Below are positions 8,835 through 16,304 of a stretch of 64,000 nucleotides of DNA, piece by piece (positions within the stretch are counted from its first letter, which is position 1; each line of letters starts with the position of its first letter). The notes beneath the pieces are model-generated. The model was not told the origin of the DNA. It did not search any database and saw nothing but the letters and a program-made list of their open reading frames with translations. Source of the stretch: a bacterium. GTDB lineage: Bacteria > Patescibacteriota > Patescibacteriia > UBA1558 > GWA2-36-10. Made by a program: the position numbers and the translations under genes. The stretch is taken from positions 11,348 to 75,347 of the forward strand of contig JABIAL010000007.1 of NCBI GenBank assembly GCA_018653315.1, written 5' to 3'.

Positions 8835-9704
8835 TTAGGATTCAGCAATGTCAAAGAGTGTTTGTAGAACAGCAGCTGGTTCAATGCCTTTGAGTTTGAC
8901 GTCAAAACATAGGAAGCCAGATGTCCAACCATCTTCTATTTTTTCAACTACTTCAGAAAATACCATTAACATAAAATGCAATCCAATCGTCAGATCTTCA
9001 AGGATAAAGTAGGCGCTAGCCTCATGTACTTGAATATCCAAGATTTTATGATGTTGGACTTCTCCTTCATTGTTTGGCTTGAAGGAGATTTCTCTGCCAA
9101 CTAGGTATTTTTTCAACCGAGCTTCCATCATAGCTGGAGTGAGTTCAATTGCATCAGGCTCTGTTTCGGGCATCTTCAGGGGGACTTCCAAGAGGTGTTT
9201 CAGGAGTTTGGCCCAGTTTTTGGCTTGAACAGAGAGGTTTTCCTCCTTGCACCATTCTTTCCGATCCATCTCATTGGCAAGATTGTCAGGTTGAAAATGG
9301 TTAATCCAGTTGCGAGTATTGCTCAGGACAACCTTGGCACCATTAACCATAAATGGTGTTGGCCAGCCCTCACCTTCATTAAAGGCATCGAAGCAAGCCG
9401 AAGCTGGATGTTGGTGATGGTTACTGTCGGAAAATACTGCTACATACTTAAAGCCACGGATACTTGCGAGCAAGGCAATAAAGATACCGACTGGCATTTC
9501 ATCGCGCCAGCGGTGTCGTTCACCTTGCGCTTGCAAGCTAGGCGGCATCAAGAGATCAGCTAGTAAGACATCGAATTCGTGCTCGGACAGGATGAGCTCC
9601 TGGGCTTCATCATAAGTAGATACAACAGTCAGATCGTGTTCTGCTAGTTGAGCTATTGCAGCTTCTCTATGAATAGCATTGTCATCAAGAACTAAGATTT
9701 TCAT
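8835..9704 (-). CDS. Receiver (REC)-like N-terminal domain protein with unknown C-terminal region
   Basis: MKILVLDD...FDVLLADLLMP; start moved to the ATG 1 nt after the upstream stop. Confidence 0.7.
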   Translation of the reverse strand: MKILVLDDNAIHREAAIAQLAEHDLTVVSTYDEAQELILSEHEFDVLLADLLMPPSLQAQGERHRWRDEMPVGIFIALLASIRGFKYVAVFSDSNHHQHPASACFDAFNEGEGWPTPFMVNGAKVVLSNTRNWINHFQPDNLANEMDRKEWCKEENLSVQAKNWAKLLKHLLEVPLKMPETEPDAIELTPAMMEARLKKYLVGREISFKPNNEGEVQHHKILDIQVHEASAYFILEDLTIGLHFMLMVFSEVVEKIEDGWTSGFLCFDVKLKGIEPAAVLQTLFDIAES

Positions 9705-9705
9705 T

Positions 9706-10251
9706 TCATTTTCCATTTCTGTAGGTGACACCAAGCTTGAAGACATCTGTTAAGATTTCTTCGAATGCCTCAAGGCTATCCTGCATAAATTCCAGGCTGC
9801 ACATGAGATCAAAGGCGTCTCCAAGATCGTCTCTGGTGAAAGATTTGAACGCAATTACGTTTTCATCTCCACCGGCAAGCTTGATTTCTGTTTGAACTTT
9901 TTGGGGGGACGTAAATGGCGTAATAAACACATCAATGCTTCCGTCTAATTCGGAAGCAGCTAGATTGAAAGTGTCAGACACCTCTTCGTCCCTCGTTTCT
10001 CTCGTACTCGTTAGCTCTGCCTGAGCTACGGTCAGAATGCGAACATCTACTGCAACTGGGGTTTGCTTAGCTGATCCGATGACAAAGTCAACGTCGAGCC
10101 CTGAAGCAAGAGCTTTTTCACCTGAGAAGGCAATAAGCTTTTTACTGTTGAGCGGATGACCGTTTTCATTGACCCTGATTTTCCACAGTTTTTTGCCGTG
10201 GGCTCCAGGGTCTGATCCGACCACAAAACCTTTTACTCTTTCCTGAGTCAT
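9706..10251 (-). CDS. Orphan hypothetical protein
   Basis: 181 aa, AAGGAG SD, visibly higher GC than core genes. Confidence 0.75.
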   Translation of the reverse strand: MTQERVKGFVVGSDPGAHGKKLWKIRVNENGHPLNSKKLIAFSGEKALASGLDVDFVIGSAKQTPVAVDVRILTVAQAELTSTRETRDEEVSDTFNLAASELDGSIDVFITPFTSPQKVQTEIKLAGGDENVIAFKSFTRDDLGDAFDLMCSLEFMQDSLEAFEEILTDVFKLGVTYRNGK

Positions 10252-10347
10252 GATTCTTTCTCCTTTTTCCTTTTTACCTTTTTCCTTTTGGACTACTGCC
10301 TGTAATCCACCTTTTTAAAGAGCTATTCCCAAACCGGGGAATAATCA

Positions 10348-10376
10348 AAAGTAACATTTTTGTTTAATTTTGTCAA
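10348..10376 (-). promoter_or_regulatory. Cassette promoter TTGACA-17-TACTTT (TGn extended); boxA-like GCTCTTTAAAA follows at 10323-10313
   Basis: Minus strand ttgacaaaattaaacaaaaatgttacttt. Confidence 0.65.
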
Positions 10377-10395
10377 TAGTAGCTAAAAATGCTTG

Positions 10396-10426
10396 AATTG
10401 CCTGTTTATTTCAGTGGTGGTAAAAT
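10396..10426 (+). promoter_or_regulatory. Repeated 31-bp promoter, copy 3 (TTGCCT-17-TAAAAT)
   Basis: aattgcctgtttatttcagtggtggtaaaat. Confidence 0.75.
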
Positions 10427-10449
10427 ATATGTAATATTAACATAAAAAT

Positions 10450-11217
10450 ATGACTAAAGATTTAACGAATCAATTCTTTGACATTAATAAATTTCCAACT
10501 GAGGAAGGAATGCTTGTTTTTCCTATCTCCATGAGTCGCATTAGCAATGAATCGCAAAACGCTAAGAAATACTGGGAATATGTTAATTTTATCAATCCGA
10601 GCAAAGTCGATAAATCAAAAGCCGAATCAAAGGTTGGAGTAATTTTTATTTATGGAGATTATTTGTATCTGCATTCAGATGAAAAAGCTAGCGTTCTCAA
10701 GAGAAGATATATGGATTTAGTAACTACCCACAGAAATTCTTTTGGAAATTTACTTAAAAGTGACTCCCATTTAATCAATGATGGTTTTTCATATAAAGTT
10801 TGGAATCAATTTTATGTTGACTATGGTAGATTCATTTATTATTTTGAAGAATTAAAAAAAATCTACCAAAAAGATAAAGAATTTCAAAAATACATAAAAG
10901 AAGATTTTGATAATTTAGATAATAAAGATCTTAAGCTTGATGATAACCAGATAAATTTTTTCTTAGAAGAGCACCTGATGCTTCATTTAATTACTAAAGG
11001 ACAGATGAAATTAGAGAATAAATTTATTGATGGGCGTGAAAAGTGGATTTTAATGTCTTACCCAGGCAAGCCACTCAAAGCTCATATTTATTTACATCAA
11101 AAGAATTTTTTCAAATTAGATAATCCAAAAAATGTTTATCAAGATTCGTGGTATGACTTAGAAGGTAAAAAACTTTATGATTATAAAAAAATAGATTTAG
11201 AAACTGTTAAATTATAA
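10450..11217 (+). CDS. Putative cyclodipeptide synthase-like protein, copy B
   Basis: 255 aa; FPISM, KVWNQF, FFLEEH, MSYPG; paralog of 7922-8677. Confidence 0.55.
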   Translation: MTKDLTNQFFDINKFPTEEGMLVFPISMSRISNESQNAKKYWEYVNFINPSKVDKSKAESKVGVIFIYGDYLYLHSDEKASVLKRRYMDLVTTHRNSFGNLLKSDSHLINDGFSYKVWNQFYVDYGRFIYYFEELKKIYQKDKEFQKYIKEDFDNLDNKDLKLDDNQINFFLEEHLMLHLITKGQMKLENKFIDGREKWILMSYPGKPLKAHIYLHQKNFFKLDNPKNVYQDSWYDLEGKKLYDYKKIDLETVKL

Positions 11218-11231
11218 GAAATAAAATTATT

Positions 11232-11546
11232 ATGGAAATAAAAGAATTACAAAAACAAGCCTCAGAAATTTTTATAAATAATTCTAAAAGAGATGGTATC
11301 AAAGTTGATACAGATTATTTAATTTTAAAATTAACAGAGGAGCTTGGCGAGTTTGTTCAATCTTATATAGTACACGAAAGAAGATGTCGTCCAGCAAAGT
11401 ATTTATCTGCAAAAGAAGCTAAAAGAGAATTATCTAAAGAGCTAGCCGATGTTTTGGGTTTAGTTTTTTCAATTGCAGACAAATGTGATATCGATATCGA
11501 AGAAGCTTTAGTTAAAAAATGGATAACCAAAGAGTGGATTAAATAA
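11232..11546 (+). CDS. MazG-like NTP pyrophosphohydrolase
   Basis: KLTEELGE...KELADVLG motifs. Confidence 0.85.
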   Translation: MEIKELQKQASEIFINNSKRDGIKVDTDYLILKLTEELGEFVQSYIVHERRCRPAKYLSAKEAKRELSKELADVLGLVFSIADKCDIDIEEALVKKWITKEWIK

Positions 11547-11552
11547 TATAAT

Positions 11553-11822
11553 ATGGAAATAAAATTAATAAAAAAAGACGAAAGAGGCACAAAATATCAA
11601 GCCGAAGGCTTTAAGATTTTTTATAGAGATAAAAATACCATTACCGGCGATAACGCTGAAAATGTAGCAGAGTTAATATACTTCATTACTGGTTCAGCAG
11701 AAATTACTTTAGAAGATAAAACTTGGGTAGTTGAAGCTCCGGCTAAAGTAGAATTTCCCGCCAAAACTTATCATAAAATCAAGGCTTTGACGGACGTAAG
11801 TTTTATTTTATTTGAGAAATAA
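11553..11822 (+). CDS. Small cupin-like protein
   Basis: ELIYFITGSAEITL...FPAKTYHKI. Confidence 0.65.
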   Translation: MEIKLIKKDERGTKYQAEGFKIFYRDKNTITGDNAENVAELIYFITGSAEITLEDKTWVVEAPAKVEFPAKTYHKIKALTDVSFILFEK

Positions 11823-11826
11823 AAAT

Positions 11827-12096
11827 ATGAATTCAGCAAAAGAACTAGAAAAGCAAATAGAGAAAATAAAAAAACGAAATCAACAAGTAGAGGCAGATAA
11901 GGCTTGGGAAATAAGTTGGACTCGTAGATTTGTGCTTCTTATTTTTACTTATATTGTGATTGTAATCTTTTTCTTTTTTGCTCAATTACCCAACCCATTT
12001 ATAAATGCCATAATAACAGCAGTTGCCTTTGTGATTTCTACATTGTCTGTGCCTTTATTTAAAAAATGGTGGTTAAGTAAATTTTATAGAAAATAA
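11827..12096 (+). CDS. Small 2-TM membrane protein
   Basis: RNQQVEADKAWEISWTRR followed by two TM segments. Confidence 0.7.
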   Translation: MNSAKELEKQIEKIKKRNQQVEADKAWEISWTRRFVLLIFTYIVIVIFFFFAQLPNPFINAIITAVAFVISTLSVPLFKKWWLSKFYRK

Positions 12097-12109
12097 AATT
12101 AATAAAAAT

Positions 12110-12544
12110 ATGTTATATAATCACACACAAGTTGGGCGTCTAATGGTTACTATTTTATTTATTATCGCTGTTTATTTTGGTTTTATTTTAAAGACAGTAG
12201 AATCTGATAGATCCATTATAACTGTATTAATTTTAGTTTCATTTATTTTACTTTCTTTTGTATCACTTAATGTAACGATTGATGAAAAGCATCTACGAAT
12301 TAAATTTGGTTATGGTATATTTAGAAAACATTTTGCGCTTTCAGAAATAATTTCTGTTAAATCTGTAAAAAATCATTGGTATTATGGCTGGGGCATTAGA
12401 GCATGGTTTTGGCCATATATGCGTATTTTTAATGTATCTGGTTTTGATGCAGTTGAGATCAGAATGAAAGATAGTAAAATATATAGAATAGGTACGGATG
12501 AATCTCAAAAGCTAGAGCTTGCTATTACGGAAGCTATTAAATAA
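12110..12544 (+). CDS. Membrane protein, 2 TM plus bacterial PH-like domain
   Basis: YGWGIR, AVEIRMKD, YRIGTDE. Confidence 0.7.
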   Translation: MLYNHTQVGRLMVTILFIIAVYFGFILKTVESDRSIITVLILVSFILLSFVSLNVTIDEKHLRIKFGYGIFRKHFALSEIISVKSVKNHWYYGWGIRAWFWPYMRIFNVSGFDAVEIRMKDSKIYRIGTDESQKLELAITEAIK

Positions 12545-12614
12545 AATTAATAAAAAATAGTAAAAAAAGAGGGAGCTTAGTATTTCTACTAAACCCCCAA
12601 ATGACAGGTGGTTA

Positions 12615-12857
12615 TTAACCGCGACTTGAAGTCACGATTTTCGGTATGGCATACCAGCAAATGAATGCCATGATTGCTGCCGTGATTATTCCGGCTGGAA
12701 TAGCTTTAACGAAATACTGAAATTCCGTAGCCAGGCTTACTCCACTAAATTCCCAAGACATAGCAATATAGTTGATGTCGTGGAAGAGTGGTGTAATAAG
12801 AGCAGTGCACAGAGCTATCCAAATAATTCCGATTAGTGTAATTTTTAAAGTTTTCAT
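12615..12857 (-). CDS. Orphan 2-TM membrane protein cassette
   Basis: 80 aa; GAGGAG SD; own promoter; weak hairpin at ~12562-12600. Confidence 0.7.
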   Translation of the reverse strand: MKTLKITLIGIIWIALCTALITPLFHDINYIAMSWEFSGVSLATEFQYFVKAIPAGIITAAIMAFICWYAIPKIVTSSRG

Positions 12858-12906
12858 GAAAAGAACTCCTCGTTACTTGAAATATTGGTTAAACTTGAAT
12901 AATGTC

Positions 12907-12935
12907 ATTATAGCATATATTCACTATTCTGTCAA
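12907..12935 (-). promoter_or_regulatory. Perfect consensus promoter TTGACA-17-TATAAT with TGn
   Basis: Minus strand ttgacagaatagtgaatatatgctataat. Confidence 0.85.
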
Positions 12936-12968
12936 TAGTAATAAATATAGTTGAAAGTAAGTAAAATC

Positions 12969-12997
12969 TTGACTATTTAAGCATTTTAGTCTATAAT
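12969..12997 (+). promoter_or_regulatory. Promoter of tRNA-Thr-rpmG-tRNA-Trp (TTGACT-17-TATAAT)
   Basis: ttgactatttaagcattttagtctataat. Confidence 0.75.
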
Positions 12998-13019
12998 CTA
13001 CTTTGTAATTTTAAATACT

Positions 13020-13069
13020 GCCGGAATAGCTCCCTTCGACTCACTTCGTTCACTCAGGGCAGGCAGTTG
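13020..13069 (+). pseudogene. Duplicated 5' fragment of tRNA-Thr interrupted by a 32-nt REP-like insertion
   Basis: gccggaatagctc [ccttcgactcacttcgttcactcagggcaggc] agttg; flanks equal the first 18 nt of the tRNA at 13126. Confidence 0.75.
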
Positions 13070-13125
13070 AAATTATAAGCTGCGTACAGCCAAACAAACA
13101 GCGGTTTAAACTTCATTTTTTATCA

Positions 13126-13201
13126 GCCGGAATAGCTCAGTTGGTAGAGCAGTAGTTTTGTAAACTACGGGTCACGGGTTCGAGTCCTGTTTCCGGCTCC
13201 A
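13126..13201 (+). tRNA. tRNA-Thr(TGT)
   Basis: Acceptor gccggaa/ttccggc, anticodon arm gtagt-tttgtaa-actac, T-loop ttcgagt, encoded CCA. Confidence 0.96.
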
Positions 13202-13231
13202 TTCGATTTATATTAATTAAAGAATACACAG

Positions 13232-13387
13232 ATGTCACAAGATAACTTAGCAAAGTTGGAATGTACTGAATGTCACGGTATTAATTATTATTCTCATCGT
13301 AATAAGAAAGCTATTAAAGAACGATTAGAGTTAAAAAAATATTGTAACAAGTGTAAACAACATACTGCTCACAAAGAAACTAAATAA
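13232..13387 (+). CDS. rpmG: 50S ribosomal protein L33 (Zn-binding form)
   Basis: MSQDNLAKLECTECHGINYYSHRNKKAIKERLELKKYCNKCKQHTAHKETK (below the ORF-track cutoff, translated by hand). Confidence 0.97.
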   Translation: MSQDNLAKLECTECHGINYYSHRNKKAIKERLELKKYCNKCKQHTAHKETK

Positions 13388-13426
13388 TCCCGTCCAGAAA
13401 ATAATCTCGGTGGGATTATTTTACAA

Positions 13427-13500
13427 GGGGGCGTCGTATAGTGGTAGTACAGGGGTCTCCAAAACCTCTTGCGTGGGTTCGATTCCTACCGCCCCTGCCA
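13427..13500 (+). tRNA. tRNA-Trp(CCA)
   Basis: Acceptor gggggcg/cgcccct, anticodon loop ctccaaa, T-loop ttcgatt, encoded CCA. Confidence 0.96.
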
Positions 13501-13585
13501 CTCGATTCATTTTTACTTTGTAAAAACTCACTCGTGGTCGCCGGTGTCTTAAAACACCTCTGACCGTTATATTTAATAGTCGAGT

Positions 13586-13614
13586 GTCTTGAGCGAATGT
13601 AATGAGTCGAAAGG
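13586..13614 (-). repeat. REP-like element (cctttcgactcattacattcgctcaagac), same family as 13033-13064; degenerate partner at ~13501-13540
   Basis: Shared CTTCGACT...GCTCA-type core. Confidence 0.6.
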
Positions 13615-13645
13615 CAAAGATTTACCCATTTAGGGTATTTTTTTG

Positions 13646-15229
13646 TTATTCGGAGTCTTTATGCTCGTTTTTTATTATCATTAGGTCGTCTACTTGGTTT
13701 AAGATTTTACTAGTCGAATATTGTGGAGGTAATTCTAATAAAGATTGTTTGCTCATAATAATCATTTTTCCTTCTTTCCAGACTTGTGCTAGATTCGCTT
13801 CATTAATAATGACCTCATGATTTATATTATTAGCTTTTAAATAAAAAATATTACTAGGGTTTAAATCAATCACGTAAACATTATGAATCAAGTCCCCGTA
13901 TACTGCTGTTTCTTGACCATTATAATTTTTAATAAGCTCATTAAATGGGGATGGCTGAGGGTATAATACATTATTTTTAATCCCTTGCCAGTTAATAATC
14001 AGACCGCCAGCAATTAGGCCAAATATAAGTGCGTTAACAATGCAGTCTATAGCTCTTTTCTTTTTATTAAGCAGGATCCAGCTAATTACTAAAACAATGA
14101 TTGTTACAATTATAAAATATTTGTTATTTATAGCATCAAAAGGATAAAAACCTACAATTAGAAGTCCTAGACTGGCCAGTTTTAGAGATAGCTTTTCTTT
14201 GGCTAAGTTCCAGACAAAATTAGCTAAAATCATTAACAAGGGAATAACTGCTGGTAAAATATGCCAATGCATTTTTGAGTGAACTAAACTGAATACAAAT
14301 AATATTGTTAAAAACCAAAGTAGTGGTACTGAATTTTTTTTAAATTTTTTAAAACTATTAATGATCGCTAGGATGCTTAGATAAAAAAACGGCGCTATTG
14401 ACCAAGACAAAAACCAGAAATACCACCAGATTGGTCGTAAGTGGTTACCAAAGCTAGGTTTAATTCTATTTGCAATTTGACTTTGCCAGAAATCATGAAT
14501 AAATACCTCTCGCAGAAAAATATAATTACCTATTAACCATGGGCTGATAAAAATTAAGCTCAAAAGAAAGGACCAAAATAGTTGCTTTATCAGTTTTTTA
14601 CTTCTGCTAGTTATTAGCCAATCAAAAAATATAATTAGAAAAATGGGGACTATCATCAGACTTTTTATCCAAAAACCTCCAGCAAGACCAATCGCAATTC
14701 CGAGTGCCCACCACTGCCATTTCTTCCCAGTTTTTAAATGCCAATACGAAAATAAAGCTATTAACTCAAAAAATATTAAAGCCATGTCGAAATCACCAGT
14801 TCGACCGATATGCTCAGTCACAAACAGTTGTGATATTATTAAAAAAATTATCGCTAGAAGTCCTGATTGGTTGTTCCAGATTTTTCTTGACCATAAATAT
14901 AACAATAGACAATTCAAAACAAGAAATAATGCAGGTATTATTCTAATTGCTAAGGCAGTTAGATCAAAAAATTTAAATGAAATTTGGTTAAGCCAGAAAT
15001 GCAGAGGTGGTTTCTCTAGCCATGGTTGCTCACTATACCTGGGAACTAGATAATCGCCAGTTTGCTGCATCTCTATACTAATTTTCGCGTATATTCCTTC
15101 ATCAGCGTTATTTATTTCCTGAACGCCTAGCTTATTAAAGCTAAAAAATACAACTACTGCAAAAACCAATATAAAACTTAATATTCGAAACAGTTTACTT
15201 GTAAATATATTGATAATAAATCTACTCAT
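13646..15229 (-). CDS. ArnT/PMT-family (GT-C) membrane glycosyltransferase
   Basis: DEGIYA, WLEKPPLHFWL, multi-TM. Confidence 0.88.
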   Translation of the reverse strand: MSRFIINIFTSKLFRILSFILVFAVVVFFSFNKLGVQEINNADEGIYAKISIEMQQTGDYLVPRYSEQPWLEKPPLHFWLNQISFKFFDLTALAIRIIPALFLVLNCLLLYLWSRKIWNNQSGLLAIIFLIISQLFVTEHIGRTGDFDMALIFFELIALFSYWHLKTGKKWQWWALGIAIGLAGGFWIKSLMIVPIFLIIFFDWLITSRSKKLIKQLFWSFLLSLIFISPWLIGNYIFLREVFIHDFWQSQIANRIKPSFGNHLRPIWWYFWFLSWSIAPFFYLSILAIINSFKKFKKNSVPLLWFLTILFVFSLVHSKMHWHILPAVIPLLMILANFVWNLAKEKLSLKLASLGLLIVGFYPFDAINNKYFIIVTIIVLVISWILLNKKKRAIDCIVNALIFGLIAGGLIINWQGIKNNVLYPQPSPFNELIKNYNGQETAVYGDLIHNVYVIDLNPSNIFYLKANNINHEVIINEANLAQVWKEGKMIIMSKQSLLELPPQYSTSKILNQVDDLMIIKNEHKDSE

Positions 15230-15349
15230 AATTTGATTATAGCATATTGCATTCTCAAAAAGAACGATTAGAATTAGGGTATTTTTTTGTTTCTTTATTT
15301 CTTCAAAAGGCGTATAATAAAAGTATATTTAATAAGTAAACATAAAATT

Positions 15350-15535
15350 ATGAACTTATTTAAAAACACTACTTGGAAGTGGTATGAACTCAAGTTTATC
15401 TCTTGGGGCGGAATATTCCTAGGTTTAGCACTAGGCACTTATTTTCATCAATGGCTAACCAATTGGTTGACATTAATTTGGATTATATTTGCTATCTTAT
15501 GGCTATACATCATAGTTGTTTGGTTTAAGAAGTAA
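15350..15535 (+). CDS. Small 2-TM membrane protein
   Basis: MNLFKNTTWKWYELKFISWGG; start moved to the ATG after an AT-rich leader. Confidence 0.65.
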   Translation: MNLFKNTTWKWYELKFISWGGIFLGLALGTYFHQWLTNWLTLIWIIFAILWLYIIVVWFKK

Positions 15536-15547
15536 CATATAAAAATT

Positions 15548-15883
15548 ATGAAAATATGCATGGCTTGTGGTATGCCACTAAATAATTCTGATGATATTGG
15601 GATTGAAAATGAAACTGGTTTATTTTGCAAACACTGTATCAATGAAGACAAGAGCGTCAAAGGTTGTCAAGAGATTTTTGATGGCGGAGTACAATTTTTT
15701 ATGGAAGCAGTACCAAATACAGATAAAGAATTATCCGAACGTATAACTCGTAAAAATATGAATGCTTTAGCTTATTGGCAAGGCAAAGATCCTTCGACTA
15801 ATGCTCAGGATGAATGTTTAAAAGGCGATCAGGCTAGTGATGAAGAATTTCAAGTAGTTTTAACAAAATTAGCTAGTAAATAA
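15548..15883 (+). CDS. Putative zinc-ribbon domain protein
   Basis: CMACGMPL...FCKHC; carries in-frame DPSTNAQDE repeat insert. Confidence 0.8.
   Translation: MKICMACGMPLNNSDDIGIENETGLFCKHCINEDKSVKGCQEIFDGGVQFFMEAVPNTDKELSERITRKNMNALAYWQGKDPSTNAQDECLKGDQASDEEFQVVLTKLASK
15788..15814 (+). repeat. REP-like palindrome inserted in frame (DPSTNAQDE)
   Basis: gatccttcgactaatgctcaggatgaa; 25/27 identical to 57126-57152. Confidence 0.85.
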
Positions 15884-15931
15884 ATCATATTTTAATGTAT
15901 ATAATTAGTTTAATAAAATAATAAAAAATTT

Positions 15932-16138
15932 ATGGGTGAACAAAATCAAAATATACCTCAAGGTGAGACTAAGAAAGAAAAATGCACAAAAATGAAACCA
16001 CTTTGGTGCCAAGCTATATTTGGCGTATTAATTATCATATTAGTTTGGTGGTGGACTCCATCATGGGCTGATATTGCCATTACAGTCTTAGCTGCATTGA
16101 TAATTATTCGCTCATTTTGTGTAAAGAATCTTAAATAA
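15932..16138 (+). CDS. Small 2-TM membrane protein
   Basis: 68 aa ORF followed by a terminator hairpin at ~16163-16194. Confidence 0.65.
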   Translation: MGEQNQNIPQGETKKEKCTKMKPLWCQAIFGVLIIILVWWWTPSWADIAITVLAALIIIRSFCVKNLK

Positions 16139-16217
16139 AAGAAAGTTAATTATTGTATTTTATGCGCGGCCAGCATTGCTAGCCGCGCGTTTTTATTTAA
16201 ATAAAGGCTTAATAACC

Positions 16218-16246
16218 TTGACAAAAACTTAATTTTAGCTTATAAT
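16218..16246 (+). promoter_or_regulatory. typA promoter, perfect TTGACA-17-TATAAT
   Basis: ttgacaaaaacttaattttagcttataat. Confidence 0.85.
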
Positions 16247-16304
16247 TCTGACCTATAAACCATCCGCGTTTAGCCGCGGATTTTAATTTACCGTAATTTA
16301 AGCT

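Noticed and set aside
4110-12960. Classical integron or prophage interpretation of the accessory array
   Set aside because: No integrase, no recognisable attC (RYYYAAC...GTTRRRY) structure and no phage structural genes; genes alternate strands and carry their own promoters.
13427-13500. Alternative genetic code (UGA recoding as in Gracilibacteria/SR1)
   Set aside because: Conserved genes translate full length in code 11 and TGA ends genes (e.g. 8677, 9706).
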